64,000 bases of DNA from a phage. How positions within the stretch are numbered: position 1 is the first letter of the stretch; every line of letters begins with the position of its first letter. Of this stretch, positions 56,978-64,000 are shown one piece after another. The DNA is taken from sequence record PZ171032.1; one strand, 5' to 3'. The translations under genes and the position numbers were made by a program. Below the pieces are notes generated by a model. That model made no database searches, had not been told where the DNA came from, and was given only the letters and a program-made list of their open reading frames with translations.

Positions 56978-57077
56978 AAGCTTTACCCCTCAAAACAGTA
57001 TAACAAAATAGCCCTCGTCAGAGGGCTAGTATCTCCAATTACTTTATTGTACCACATCTAATTAAGATTGGCAACAC

Positions 57078-58166
57078 TTAGATAAAACGCTTGAACATAG
57101 AAGGTGATGAGATTGATGGAATCACACAAGGAAGTGCTACCTCCTCTTTCTCCAGGAAATTAATCGCAGAAGCTACACAGTCGGCCCAGTCGTCTTTTCT
57201 GTTAAATGTTGATCTTTCCCCGTTGAATTTTTCAAGTTCAGTCAGAAATGCTTCCAGAGTATCAGGATGGAAACTGGATTTTACAATCCTCACCATCCCT
57301 TGTTGGGCAAGATTGGCAAAAGGTGAGAACCTTGTCAGTTTAGATTTGTTGGAAGGCATTGGGTCTTCTTCAACCCTAAACCCTTCGGCGAGCAAGGATC
57401 TGGAGGAGGTTAAGAACTCACTCTTACCTGCCTGACCGGGGTCCACAGAGAATACGATTATACAATCATCACCATCAAACTGCGCCTGTTTCCTGATGAT
57501 CACATCTCGTTCACCAGCCTTTTTACAGAACTTACCTTCCAGACCTGTGGAATACCTCCCGTCATCCACGTTCTCAGGACAATAATCACCGGACAGGTAA
57601 TAAAAGCCGTCGCTATCTTTACTTACCTTAACACTGGCGGTAAAGTCAGGAAATTTATTACCGGAAGTTCTCTCGGTTCCTGCCTTATCCCATGCCCTAC
57701 AAGATACTGATCCAAGGGGTACTCTATCGGCATCACGAAGGAAAGATCTTTGAAAATAGTTTGCACCCTCAGGCTTTGCAAACCAGTTACCATGGAGAAG
57801 CTGAGCTTTTTCCAGCTCTGGTAGACCTTCGAGGAAAGCAAGGTATTCTGGGTTGTCTCTCAAACAGACAGGATTATCGAATATTGTTGCGCCTATGAAC
57901 GAGAATGACAACGGTCTTGGCTTGATCTCTACGCCAAGTCCGTTAACCGTGGTGTATTTCTCTATCAACTCTTCTTTAGAATCTCCCCAGATAAATTCAC
58001 CGTCGCGTCGGATAAAATATCTTTTCTTACCGCATTTCTCCGGGTCTGGATACCCTTCATCGTCCAACCACCATCTAACCAGTTTGGCAAGCATGTGCTC
58101 TGAATCGGGGTTACAGCTGATAACCATTCTTGATGGATACTTTGACTGAGATCGCAGACGAGACAT
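57078..58166 (-). CDS. terL: terminase large subunit, exon 2 (C-terminal nuclease domain)
   Basis: Begins RMVISCNP (coupling-motif-like) and has Asp-rich RNase H-like nuclease region; frame open upstream of first Met back to about 58195, so the true exon boundary precedes the annotated Met. Confidence 0.7.
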   Translation of the reverse strand: MSRLRSQSKYPSRMVISCNPDSEHMLAKLVRWWLDDEGYPDPEKCGKKRYFIRRDGEFIWGDSKEELIEKYTTVNGLGVEIKPRPLSFSFIGATIFDNPVCLRDNPEYLAFLEGLPELEKAQLLHGNWFAKPEGANYFQRSFLRDADRVPLGSVSCRAWDKAGTERTSGNKFPDFTASVKVSKDSDGFYYLSGDYCPENVDDGRYSTGLEGKFCKKAGERDVIIRKQAQFDGDDCIIVFSVDPGQAGKSEFLTSSRSLLAEGFRVEEDPMPSNKSKLTRFSPFANLAQQGMVRIVKSSFHPDTLEAFLTELEKFNGERSTFNRKDDWADCVASAINFLEKEEVALPCVIPSISSPSMFKRFI

Positions 58167-58169
58167 CAG

Positions 58170-59084
58170 GTAGTCTATCTGCTCCCATTCGAACTGTGTC
58201 GTTTATGTTCGGGCAAGGTCGCTAGTCTTGCCCCGCCATTTTCAGGCAGCTGCATGTCTCCATGCAGACCAGACTATATCTTATGAATGTGCAAATACTC
58301 TGCCGCTCTAAGAATAGTTTCCTCATCCTCTTGGAAGAAACCTAAAGCTCTGTTGCATTTATCACAAAGCAACCCTCTTACAGCACCAGTTTTATGGTCA
58401 TGATCAACACAAAAGAAATCTCTGTACCCTTGCGTCCTATACTCATCAAGAGATATTCTACAAATGGCACACTTATGATCTTGATCTGAGAGTAGACGAT
58501 AGTATTCATCTTTTGTTATGTGAAATTTCTTCTCAATCTGATAAAACTTTTCACACATCTTACACCTGTTCGTAACCAGATATACTTTACCATAGTCACG
58601 TTTTGTGTAAAAACTATCAGCGAGCATACTTTCATGACAAGATTTGCATTCAAAAAGTTCACCTTTCTTCAGCAAGTCTTGAATAAATAATGCTGCGTCA
58701 TCTCTCTTAACCATATTTTTGTTTCTACGAGATCCACCCTTCCTGTAGTACATATAGCATTCCTTGCATGTACCTGAGTATCCATCCTTGCTCTTAGATG
58801 ATAAAAAGAAATCATCAATAGGTAGAACTCTTTGGCAATCCATACATTTTTTAGTATTACACATTCACCCTCCCGTTTCGAATCGCTTGATTCTACGTCT
58901 TTCGACTAGTCGTTGAACGTTCATCCTCTCGGATGCTTCGCTGCGGATTATCTAAATTAACACACTGTTACCATACCTTCGATCTCTCTTCGAAGCCTCT
59001 GTCATGTTACCATGACAGGTTGGTGGTGTCAATAATAAAGATTTCCCCGCAATTAGGGAGGTTTTACGAGAGCTACAAATTAAC
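58170..59084 (-). mobile_element. group I intron interrupting terminase large subunit gene (approximate bounds)
   Basis: In-frame stop right after Walker B (FDEG*) at 59080; about 0.9 kb gap with free-standing HNH ORF; candidate P7 strands GACUAGUC (plus 58904-58911) and UAGUCUGG (plus 58269-58276) in transcript orientation; P9-like hairpin GCATG-GAGA-CATGC. Confidence 0.6.
58274..58864 (-). CDS. intron-encoded HNH (endonuclease VII-like) homing endonuclease
   Basis: 196 aa; C-terminal CAICRISLDEY...CVDHDHKTGAVRGLLCDKCNRALG closely parallels recalled T4 endonuclease VII core (CLICQ...DHDH...VRGLLCNLCNAAEG); N-terminal CxxC zinc-finger pairs; GGGAGGG RBS. Confidence 0.7.
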   Translation of the reverse strand: MCNTKKCMDCQRVLPIDDFFLSSKSKDGYSGTCKECYMYYRKGGSRRNKNMVKRDDAALFIQDLLKKGELFECKSCHESMLADSFYTKRDYGKVYLVTNRCKMCEKFYQIEKKFHITKDEYYRLLSDQDHKCAICRISLDEYRTQGYRDFFCVDHDHKTGAVRGLLCDKCNRALGFFQEDEETILRAAEYLHIHKI

Positions 59085-59508
59085 CCTCATCGAAGCAAAC
59101 CATGGTGTACTCAAGCCCCTGATGGTTAAGCTTATCTTGTACATACTCCATGTGGCAGTATTTTACAACAGCTCCCTTTTTGCTTCTATCCCACTTACCA
59201 GTGTTCGGATCAAACCGTGGAAAAATGAACTTATGATCCTTCTCTCTGAACTTTGGCTTAATGTTTTCAGGCAGATCACTATAAATAGCTACTGCTTTAG
59301 GCCATAGTCCACCCTCACCTTCCAACTGTGGGGTTGTTCTTCGGAACATAACCACAGAGCTGTGGGGGTCATCAATAATTTTAAGTGGCATCAACTGCAA
59401 GAGGAACGACTTGCCAGACCCTGCGGCACCGCCGATTACCAAAATATCTGCATCGTTTTCTAGGATCATCTTCTGCTTTTCAGAACACGGTCCGTAAATC
59501 TTAGACAT
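59080..59508 (-). CDS. terL: terminase large subunit, exon 1 (N-terminal ATPase domain)
   Basis: Walker A VIGGAAGSGKS, Walker B YTMVCFDEG; ends at stop inside intron. Confidence 0.7.
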   Translation of the reverse strand: MSKIYGPCSEKQKMILENDADILVIGGAAGSGKSFLLQLMPLKIIDDPHSSVVMFRRTTPQLEGEGGLWPKAVAIYSDLPENIKPKFREKDHKFIFPRFDPNTGKWDRSKKGAVVKYCHMEYVQDKLNHQGLEYTMVCFDEG

Positions 59509-59795
59509 TAACCTCTCTCCTTTGGAAACAGTGTTCTAATATAGTCTTGCAAAATGATCAATTTAGCTCTATCATTGCTACAAGACAGATTATTATCCCT
59601 CATAATGCCAGAATTCACTGCATCTGGCGCACCTTTCTTCAAAGGCATAGCTTTAGCAGGTGGTTTCATGGCACCTTCCGGGGGTTTAACAATCAACCTT
59701 CCTACATCCGGAGGGTCAATCTTGTATTCTCTCTCAACGCTGGTTGCACACCCACATAATAACAAGCACACAATAAACAGTGTAGCAACTCTCAT
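59508..59795 (-). CDS. o-spanin (Rz1-like outer-membrane lipoprotein)
   Basis: 95 aa; signal plus lipobox-like LLLCGC; Pro-rich mature region. Confidence 0.6.
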   Translation of the reverse strand: MRVATLFIVCLLLCGCATSVEREYKIDPPDVGRLIVKPPEGAMKPPAKAMPLKKGAPDAVNSGIMRDNNLSCSNDRAKLIILQDYIRTLFPKERG

Positions 59796-60190
59796 CTACC
59801 CTCCTGATTAATACTCTCATTATAAATATCTATAAGCTGATCAGGGAGTGTTGACTTCTTACCCTCAGGTGACTGGAGGTAAATAATCTGCTTTTCTTTA
59901 CCTGCCTTCTCAGCCATATTTAATTTATCCTGTAGATCAGAAAGGGATTTTTCAAGGTTTTTAACCTCCTCTGCGTGGCCCATTTTAATTTTGTCGGCCT
60001 GCTTTTGTTGCTGATCAAGGATCCGTTCCCACTTTAACTCTGTTGCTGACACACCTTCTTGGTAGGCATCATTAAGCTTAGAGTTAAACCAATACACGGC
60101 CCCAAGATAAGCTGTACCTATCGCAGCTGCAAAAACTAAACCTTTTATGATCCCTCTATACCTGCTCAGCCATGTTAAAACTGAAATCAT
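59792..60190 (-). CDS. i-spanin (Rz-like)
   Basis: 132 aa; N-terminal TM helix LVFAAAIGTAYLGAVYWF then charged coiled-coil; stop overlaps o-spanin start. Confidence 0.6.
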   Translation of the reverse strand: MISVLTWLSRYRGIIKGLVFAAAIGTAYLGAVYWFNSKLNDAYQEGVSATELKWERILDQQQKQADKIKMGHAEEVKNLEKSLSDLQDKLNMAEKAGKEKQIIYLQSPEGKKSTLPDQLIDIYNESINQEGR

Positions 60191-60206
60191 TTTAAGGCTC
60201 CAGAAA

Positions 60207-60239
60207 CGAAAAAACCCCGCAGCTATACAGCTAACGGGG
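60207..60239 (-). terminator. terminator-like hairpin (CCCCG...CGGGG then UUUUUU)
   Basis: Between gene 60296..60565 and spanin genes; large loop. Confidence 0.4.
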
Positions 60240-60295
60240 CGGGTTAAAATTGAGTAACCTAAATAGATCGAAACTAACTAAAAGGAGACTAATAC

Positions 60296-60565
60296 TTATC
60301 GAGGCACTCGGTGGATGATTCTAACAGTAACTGCATTTTCATTCATCAAGTATGCATCTACATCTCTGTAAATATAAAACTTCTGCTCACTATCAACAAC
60401 ACAAGCTACCGCCCCTTCAGAGTTGTCTTCAAAAAAGACCACCACTGCATCGCAGCTGAGTTCATGATATGACTCTCGAAGATTTACAGCCAGAGGATTG
60501 AAATCGTCACGAAAATCTACGGTATGGGTTGGATTTACACGCTCTACAATTTTAAGTGTATACAT
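60296..60565 (-). CDS. hypothetical protein (start refined to avoid tRNA overlap)
   Basis: ORF track 60296..60655 overlaps tRNA-Pro; internal Met MYTLKIV with AAGGAACC RBS. Confidence 0.45.
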   Translation of the reverse strand: MYTLKIVERVNPTHTVDFRDDFNPLAVNLRESYHELSCDAVVVFFEDNSEGAVACVVDSEQKFYIYRDVDAYLMNENAVTVRIIHRVPR

Positions 60566-60611
60566 TTTAAAGGTTCCTTTTGTTTGTATATGTTTAAAGT
60601 ATAACTGAAAG

Positions 60612-60688
60612 TGGTCTCCACGGAGTGATTCGAACACTCGACCTCCTGATCCCAAATCAGGCGCTCTACCAAGCTGAGCTACGCGGAG
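60612..60688 (-). tRNA. tRNA-Pro (anticodon UGG)
   Basis: Hand fold: acceptor CTCCGCG/CGTGGAG, D-arm TAGCTCAGCTTGGTAGAGC, anticodon stem CCTGA/TCAGG with loop UUUGGGA, T-arm GAGTG-TTCGAAT-CACTC, encoded CCA. Confidence 0.75.
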
Positions 60689-60699
60689 TATTTATTATT

Positions 60700-60774
60700 T
60701 GGTGGCCCTGGGTGGAATTGAACCACCGTCTGGCGATTATGAGTCGCTTGCTTGAACCTTCCAGCTACAGGGCC
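60700..60774 (-). tRNA. tRNA-Met (anticodon CAU; could be Ile-lysidine type)
   Basis: Acceptor GGCCCTG/CAGGGCC, anticodon loop CUCAUAA, T-arm GGTGG-TTCAATT-CCACC, encoded CCA. Confidence 0.65.
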
Positions 60775-60775
60775 A

Positions 60776-60851
60776 TGGTGCTGATGGCAGGACTTGAACC
60801 TGCAACCTATTGATTACAAATCAATTGCACTACCAATTGTGCTACATCAGC
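60776..60851 (-). tRNA. tRNA-Thr (anticodon UGU)
   Basis: Acceptor GCTGATG/CATCAGC, D-arm GCAC-AATTGGTA-GTGC, anticodon stem ATTGA/TCAAT with loop UUUGUAA, T-arm GCAGG-TTCAAGT-CCTGC, CCA encoded; 1-nt spacer to tRNA-Met. Confidence 0.75.
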
Positions 60852-60858
60852 AAAAAGG

Positions 60859-60955
60859 TGCTAGGTGATGGAATCGAACCACCTATGTATTCAACGACTA
60901 CCTCGTCTATTTTCAGGATTAAAAATCCTCGCCCTTGCCAAAGGGCTTACCTAGC
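60859..60955 (-). tRNA. atypical tRNA-like element (about 97 nt; anticodon loop UUUUUAA, so Lys-UUU if functional; possible pseudo-tRNA)
   Basis: Good acceptor (GCTAGGT/ACCTAGC) and T-arm (GGTGG-TTCGATT-CCATC) but about 30-nt variable region with internal hairpin and no encoded CCA. Confidence 0.35.
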
Positions 60956-61053
60956 TCAGTATGTTGACCATGTTGCTAGTCGGCGATGACGACTGTAACA
61001 TTTGATAATCCGGTTCTGCTTCCGGCTTTCGCTTAATTACAAGGTCAACAATA

Positions 61054-61144
61054 TGGCTGAGGGTAATGGAATCGAACCATCATCAAGTCATCCTCAACGG
61101 GACGGTTTTCAAGACCGCTTGAGCACCATTGCTCCCTACCCTCA
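61054..61144 (-). tRNA. tRNA-Ser (anticodon UGA), long variable arm
   Basis: Acceptor TGAGGGT/ACCCTCA, anticodon stem GCGGT/ACCGT with loop CUUGAAA, long variable arm, T-arm GATGG-TTCGATT-CCATT, encoded CCA. Confidence 0.6.
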
Positions 61145-61260
61145 TTTATAAACAATACTGATAATGACACTGATTTTCGAGCAGTTAGTGACTAGTATAA
61201 ACGACGATAAATATCAATGCCATTATCTGTATGATTTATGCATTTAAAAAAATATAAATT

Positions 61261-61348
61261 TGGTGGTGAGTGATGGAGTCGAACCACCCGAATCGCAATT
61301 ATAACAGATTTACAGTCTGCCCCGCTACCCCTACGGAATTAACTCACC
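61261..61348 (-). tRNA. tRNA-Tyr (anticodon GUA), long variable arm, irregular D-region
   Basis: Anticodon arm CAGACUGUAAAUCUG matches recalled E. coli tRNA-Tyr; acceptor GGTGAGT/ACTCACC, T-arm GGTGG-TTCGACT-CCATC, CCA encoded; D-arm pairing non-canonical. Confidence 0.55.
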
Positions 61349-61478
61349 TAAATACTAATATTTAAATTCTTTTTAAAATAGCTAGTGTTCTCACCACTAA
61401 CTATGAGGTATCGGTAAAGTGGTTACCGCCACTTGCCGAAGATTTACTCTGCTAAAGTAAGCTACATTAAAAAGAACT

Positions 61479-61553
61479 TGGCACCCCGTACTGGACTCGA
61501 ACCAGTGTCAACGGCTTAGAAGGCCGCTGCTTTATCCACTAAGCTAACAGGGC
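61479..61553 (-). tRNA. tRNA-Arg (anticodon UCU)
   Basis: Acceptor GCCCTGT/ACGGGGT (two G-U pairs), D-arm GCTT-AGTGGATA-AAGC, anticodon stem GCGGC/GCCGT with loop CUUCUAA, T-arm ACTGG-TTCGAGT-CCAGT, CCA encoded. Confidence 0.7.
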
Positions 61554-61649
61554 ACTGGGTGGCTTTCTTTTACACCTTAGCCGCCAGAAAAGGTGGGAGA
61601 CCATGTTTACAATATTACACTGTTAAGCAAAGTTTGTCAAGAAAATATT

Positions 61650-61990
61650 TTAGCTATTGCTAACAGGCTGTATTTCTGTAGTAAATGGCATAAAAGGTGC
61701 TGGTTTTTCAGCCTCTTCCACTACCACCTCTTCCTCTTCACCAAACATCTCATCATATTCTTCCTGCATTCGGTCTGCCTTATCAAGAACATACTCTGCA
61801 ATGCTTTGACGAATATTTTGTTTGGTTTTCGGGTCCAACATCAGCTCTCTTAAAACTTTGTGAGCTTCTGGAACCATCGCTATAAAAGATTCCTTCATAT
61901 CAAGGATGTTCTTCTCTAACTGAATGGCGTTGGACTCCTCTTTCAGAGGTCTGCCTCTACGGCGACGCTTTTTAGTTGTATCCGCCATGT
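61650..61990 (-). CDS. small basic DNA-binding-like protein (possible terminase small subunit; speculative)
   Basis: ORF track 61650..62108; start set at MADTTKKRRRRGRPLK with GGAGG RBS; basic N-terminus, acidic C-terminus; lies upstream (in transcription order) of tRNAs, spanins and terL. Confidence 0.4.
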
Positions 61991-62334
61991 TTCCTCCATT
62001 ATCACGTGATAGGTGGATTTTATCATAGCAAATACTGATTGTCAAGTTCGCCGCAGGGTGGTATTCCCTGCGACTTGTCCAGCGTCCTGGACCAGCAAGA
62101 CCCAACAAGTGGGTTACCAGAGGCCTATTACCAGCGCTTCGGCTCGACCTTGTTACAGGTTGGCTGGGGTCACATCGTCATGTGCTGGCTGCCCCTACCA
62201 TTTTAAGTGTGGTGCACTATCAAGCCCTCTAAGGGGAACTCAGTCTTCTCCGAACCCTGTTTCAAAGCATCCAGAGATAAAGCCATCAAATTCATCTTTA
62301 AATTGGATATTCATCATGATACACGAAAACAACC

Positions 62335-62577
62335 TCATTGTAAAGCACAAATAAATAAAACATACTTAATTTGTTTGTTATCAGGCTCAGGGTAGAAGTA
62401 GAAGATCTTGCTATCACCGATCTGAACACCACCATCCCAACAGCATAGCCCATAACCTGTATTCATACAAGCTAAGTCGTTGGCAAAATCTATTGCATCA
62501 TCCAGTGCACGAAATTCACCTTCATCTTCTAAATAATCCTCATTCATGGAACGAAAAACGAGCTTAACCTTAAACAT
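62335..62577 (-). CDS. hypothetical protein
   Basis: 80-aa ORF on block strand. Confidence 0.4.
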   Translation of the reverse strand: MFKVKLVFRSMNEDYLEDEGEFRALDDAIDFANDLACMNTGYGLCCWDGGVQIGDSKIFYFYPEPDNKQIKYVLFICALQ

Positions 62578-62653
62578 AGCATTACCTGTAGACCTCGTAA
62601 GTTAAAATTGCATCACATCATATTGCAGATCTTATCAGGTAACACTATTTTTG

Positions 62654-62863
62654 TCAACAGATTCCGGCCTTATCCTTCCTGTCTGCGTATTCTTTAATCG
62701 CAACCTCATCTGCATTAGTGACCAGGTCTTCAAAGTAACTCTCAAGCTCCTCGTCAATGTCAGGAGACCAGCTCTTTTTCCTGTCAGTGTGAATTGCAGA
62801 CTTGTTGAACTTATTACAGTTCTTTGCTACCGGGTTGTTCATTAAGCGCTCCTCAGCGTTCAT
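62654..62863 (-). CDS. hypothetical protein
   Basis: 69-aa ORF; start overlaps stop of upstream gene. Confidence 0.4.
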   Translation of the reverse strand: MNAEERLMNNPVAKNCNKFNKSAIHTDRKKSWSPDIDEELESYFEDLVTNADEVAIKEYADRKDKAGIC

Positions 62864-63431
62864 AGTAAATTTTATTTAACATTACCTCATCTTTTGCAGA
62901 AAGAATACCGAGATATGCATCACCGAATCTACCTGCAACAACCTCTGCATGATACATCACTTCGTTAATATCGTCAAGAGTGATAACTGGATGACCGTAT
63001 CTCTCTGAGTATTGTCTCAGAGTGCGATGTAGAGAGTCATCATCATAGGCAGACTTTTTAATATCACAAACACGACGAATAGCCTTGATGTCGAAAAACC
63101 CTGTACGATACCAACCAAGAAAAAGGTTTCGTGCAGTGTCAACATCTACATCAATACCATCAAGAACCTTATCTACAAGATAGCTGTCATCCTTTGGACC
63201 TGCTTCCTTAGTGCGAATGTAGTTGCCATCTTTTCCAGGTGACAGCTCCTTCTCATCACCAACCTGCATGCCATCATTTGGCGGTGTTAACCACTTATCC
63301 GGATGCTTACGATCACGAGCGTTAGAATGATTACGCTGGAAACCTGGCTTCCACTTGAAAGTTTTCTCCATCTGTTCTTCATTCTGATAACGTTTTGCAA
63401 TCTTTTCACGGTCATCTTTGCGTGGACTCAT
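62853..63431 (-). CDS. hypothetical protein (first gene of the leftward block)
   Basis: 192 aa; GAGGAGG RBS; preceded by ~490 bp of non-coding sequence containing GC-rich structured segment and repeats. Confidence 0.5.
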   Translation of the reverse strand: MSPRKDDREKIAKRYQNEEQMEKTFKWKPGFQRNHSNARDRKHPDKWLTPPNDGMQVGDEKELSPGKDGNYIRTKEAGPKDDSYLVDKVLDGIDVDVDTARNLFLGWYRTGFFDIKAIRRVCDIKKSAYDDDSLHRTLRQYSERYGHPVITLDDINEVMYHAEVVAGRFGDAYLGILSAKDEVMLNKIYYER

Positions 63432-63918
63432 AGCTGCCTCCTCTTCAAGTTATAGAAAAACTTACTGTATCGCTTTGTAACGAGCTTTTCTATCAAACTG
63501 GTGCGATTGCCTTACTTGGTATAGTTTATATGGCTGTGGAGCGATTTAGGGGCCTCATTGTCCGTTTCCACACATAAACTTTATCCAAACTCGCGCGGGA
63601 GGCTCTCAACCGACTCCTTACGGCGCTGGCAAGCTTTCGTCGGTGGTCCACATTAGTGCTCGGCCTTTGGCCTGCGCTATCGCTTCGCTCCCACACATGT
63701 TAACAGACCTGCATGTGTGCACTATGGAGGCCCGGCATCTCGCCCCTCGTAGGCGAGTGCCAATGAAGGGCCGACACTACCTATAGTAAGTAATAAATTT
63801 AAAACATGGTACTTAGGATCTAGTATATTCTACATAAGTTAAGTATATGTACTTTAGTACCATAAGTACTAGATCTTTTATTTTTTTATTATTTAGTTAT
63901 TTTAGTTATATTCTTTAT

Positions 63919-64000
63919 GTGTCCGTATCACGGACAGTAGTGTCCGTATCACGGACAGTAGTGTCCGTATCACGGACAGTAGTGTCCGTATCACGGACAG
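63919..64000. repeat. tandem direct repeats of a 21-bp unit GTGTCCGTATCACGGACAGTA (3.9 copies, truncated by window end)
   Basis: Exact copies at 63919-63939, 63940-63960, 63961-63981 and a partial fourth; each unit has inverted repeat GTCCGT-atc-ACGGAC. Confidence 0.9.

Noticed and set aside
58170-59084. Intein rather than intron in the terminase
   Set aside because: The inserted region contains in-frame stops and a separately initiated endonuclease ORF with its own RBS, which is incompatible with a protein-level intein.
60625-60813. Plus-strand ORFs overlapping the tRNA cluster (60625..60813, 61593..61853, 61697..61885)
   Set aside because: They are the reverse complement of tRNA genes and spacers; translation product is hydrophobic nonsense; no RBS.
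62013-62354. 113-aa plus-strand ORF in the GC-rich non-coding region
   Set aside because: Opposite strand to all neighbouring genes, no RBS, Ser/Pro/Cys/Arg-rich composition expected from GC-rich non-coding DNA.
63440-63790. tmRNA or RNase P RNA in the GC-rich region
   Set aside because: No GGUUCGA-type T-arm near a CCA end, no plausible tag reading frame ending in ALAA-like residues, and no recalled RNase P conserved motifs; left as unclassified structured element.
63777-63798. T7/SP6-like single-subunit RNAP promoter (minus strand ATTTATTACTTACTATAGGTAG)
   Set aside because: Only partial match to the T7/SP6 consensus around ACTATAG; no single-subunit RNA polymerase gene in the window and the genome is not T7-like; probably coincidental in AT-rich DNA.
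63919-64000. CRISPR array
   Set aside because: The 21-bp repeats are directly abutting with no spacers, so this is a simple tandem repeat; no other repeat-spacer structure found.

Overview
About 64 kb of a large tailed dsDNA bacteriophage genome (Caudoviricetes) from a Gram-negative host, judged from a spanin pair, SD-type RBSs and sigma70-like promoters. No database search was run: every functional call rests on motifs and gene order read from the sequence and ORF track, and hand-mapped small features (tRNAs, hairpins, promoters) may be off by 1-3 nt. Layout: (i) 1-5069, leftward operon of unknown early genes plus a MoxR-type AAA+ ATPase and a signal-peptide SleB/CwlJ-like cell-wall hydrolase; (ii) 5110-5180, back-to-back divergent promoters with palindromic -35 boxes; (iii) 5212-12184, rightward block with an internally duplicated protein, a VWA/HExxH protein, four tandem paralogous small genes and a HAD-like phosphatase, ending at a bidirectional terminator; (iv) 12232-59508, one ~47 kb leftward morphogenesis block (terminase large subunit split by a group I intron carrying an HNH endonuclease, portal, scaffold, lambda D-like decoration, lambda E-like capsid, sheath-like and tube proteins, chaperones with a -1 frameshift site, tape measure, baseplate hub/spike, and at least eight fibre/spike-like proteins including a lambda J-like protein with a coiled-coil repeat insertion, two Stf-like paralogs, a Tfa chaperone and an 1878-aa giant); (v) spanin pair; (vi) cluster of six tRNAs plus one atypical tRNA-like element; (vii) small genes, two GC-rich structured non-coding segments and 21-bp palindromic tandem repeats at the window end. 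No CRISPR array, rRNA, integrase, reverse transcriptase or replication genes were seen. The most unusual items are the intron-split terminase, the separated MoxR/VWA-metallopeptidase pair, the tandem small-gene array, a 29-bp translation-initiation segment shared by two genes, and the structured non-coding regions and repeats at the right end; none of these is established here as a new system.
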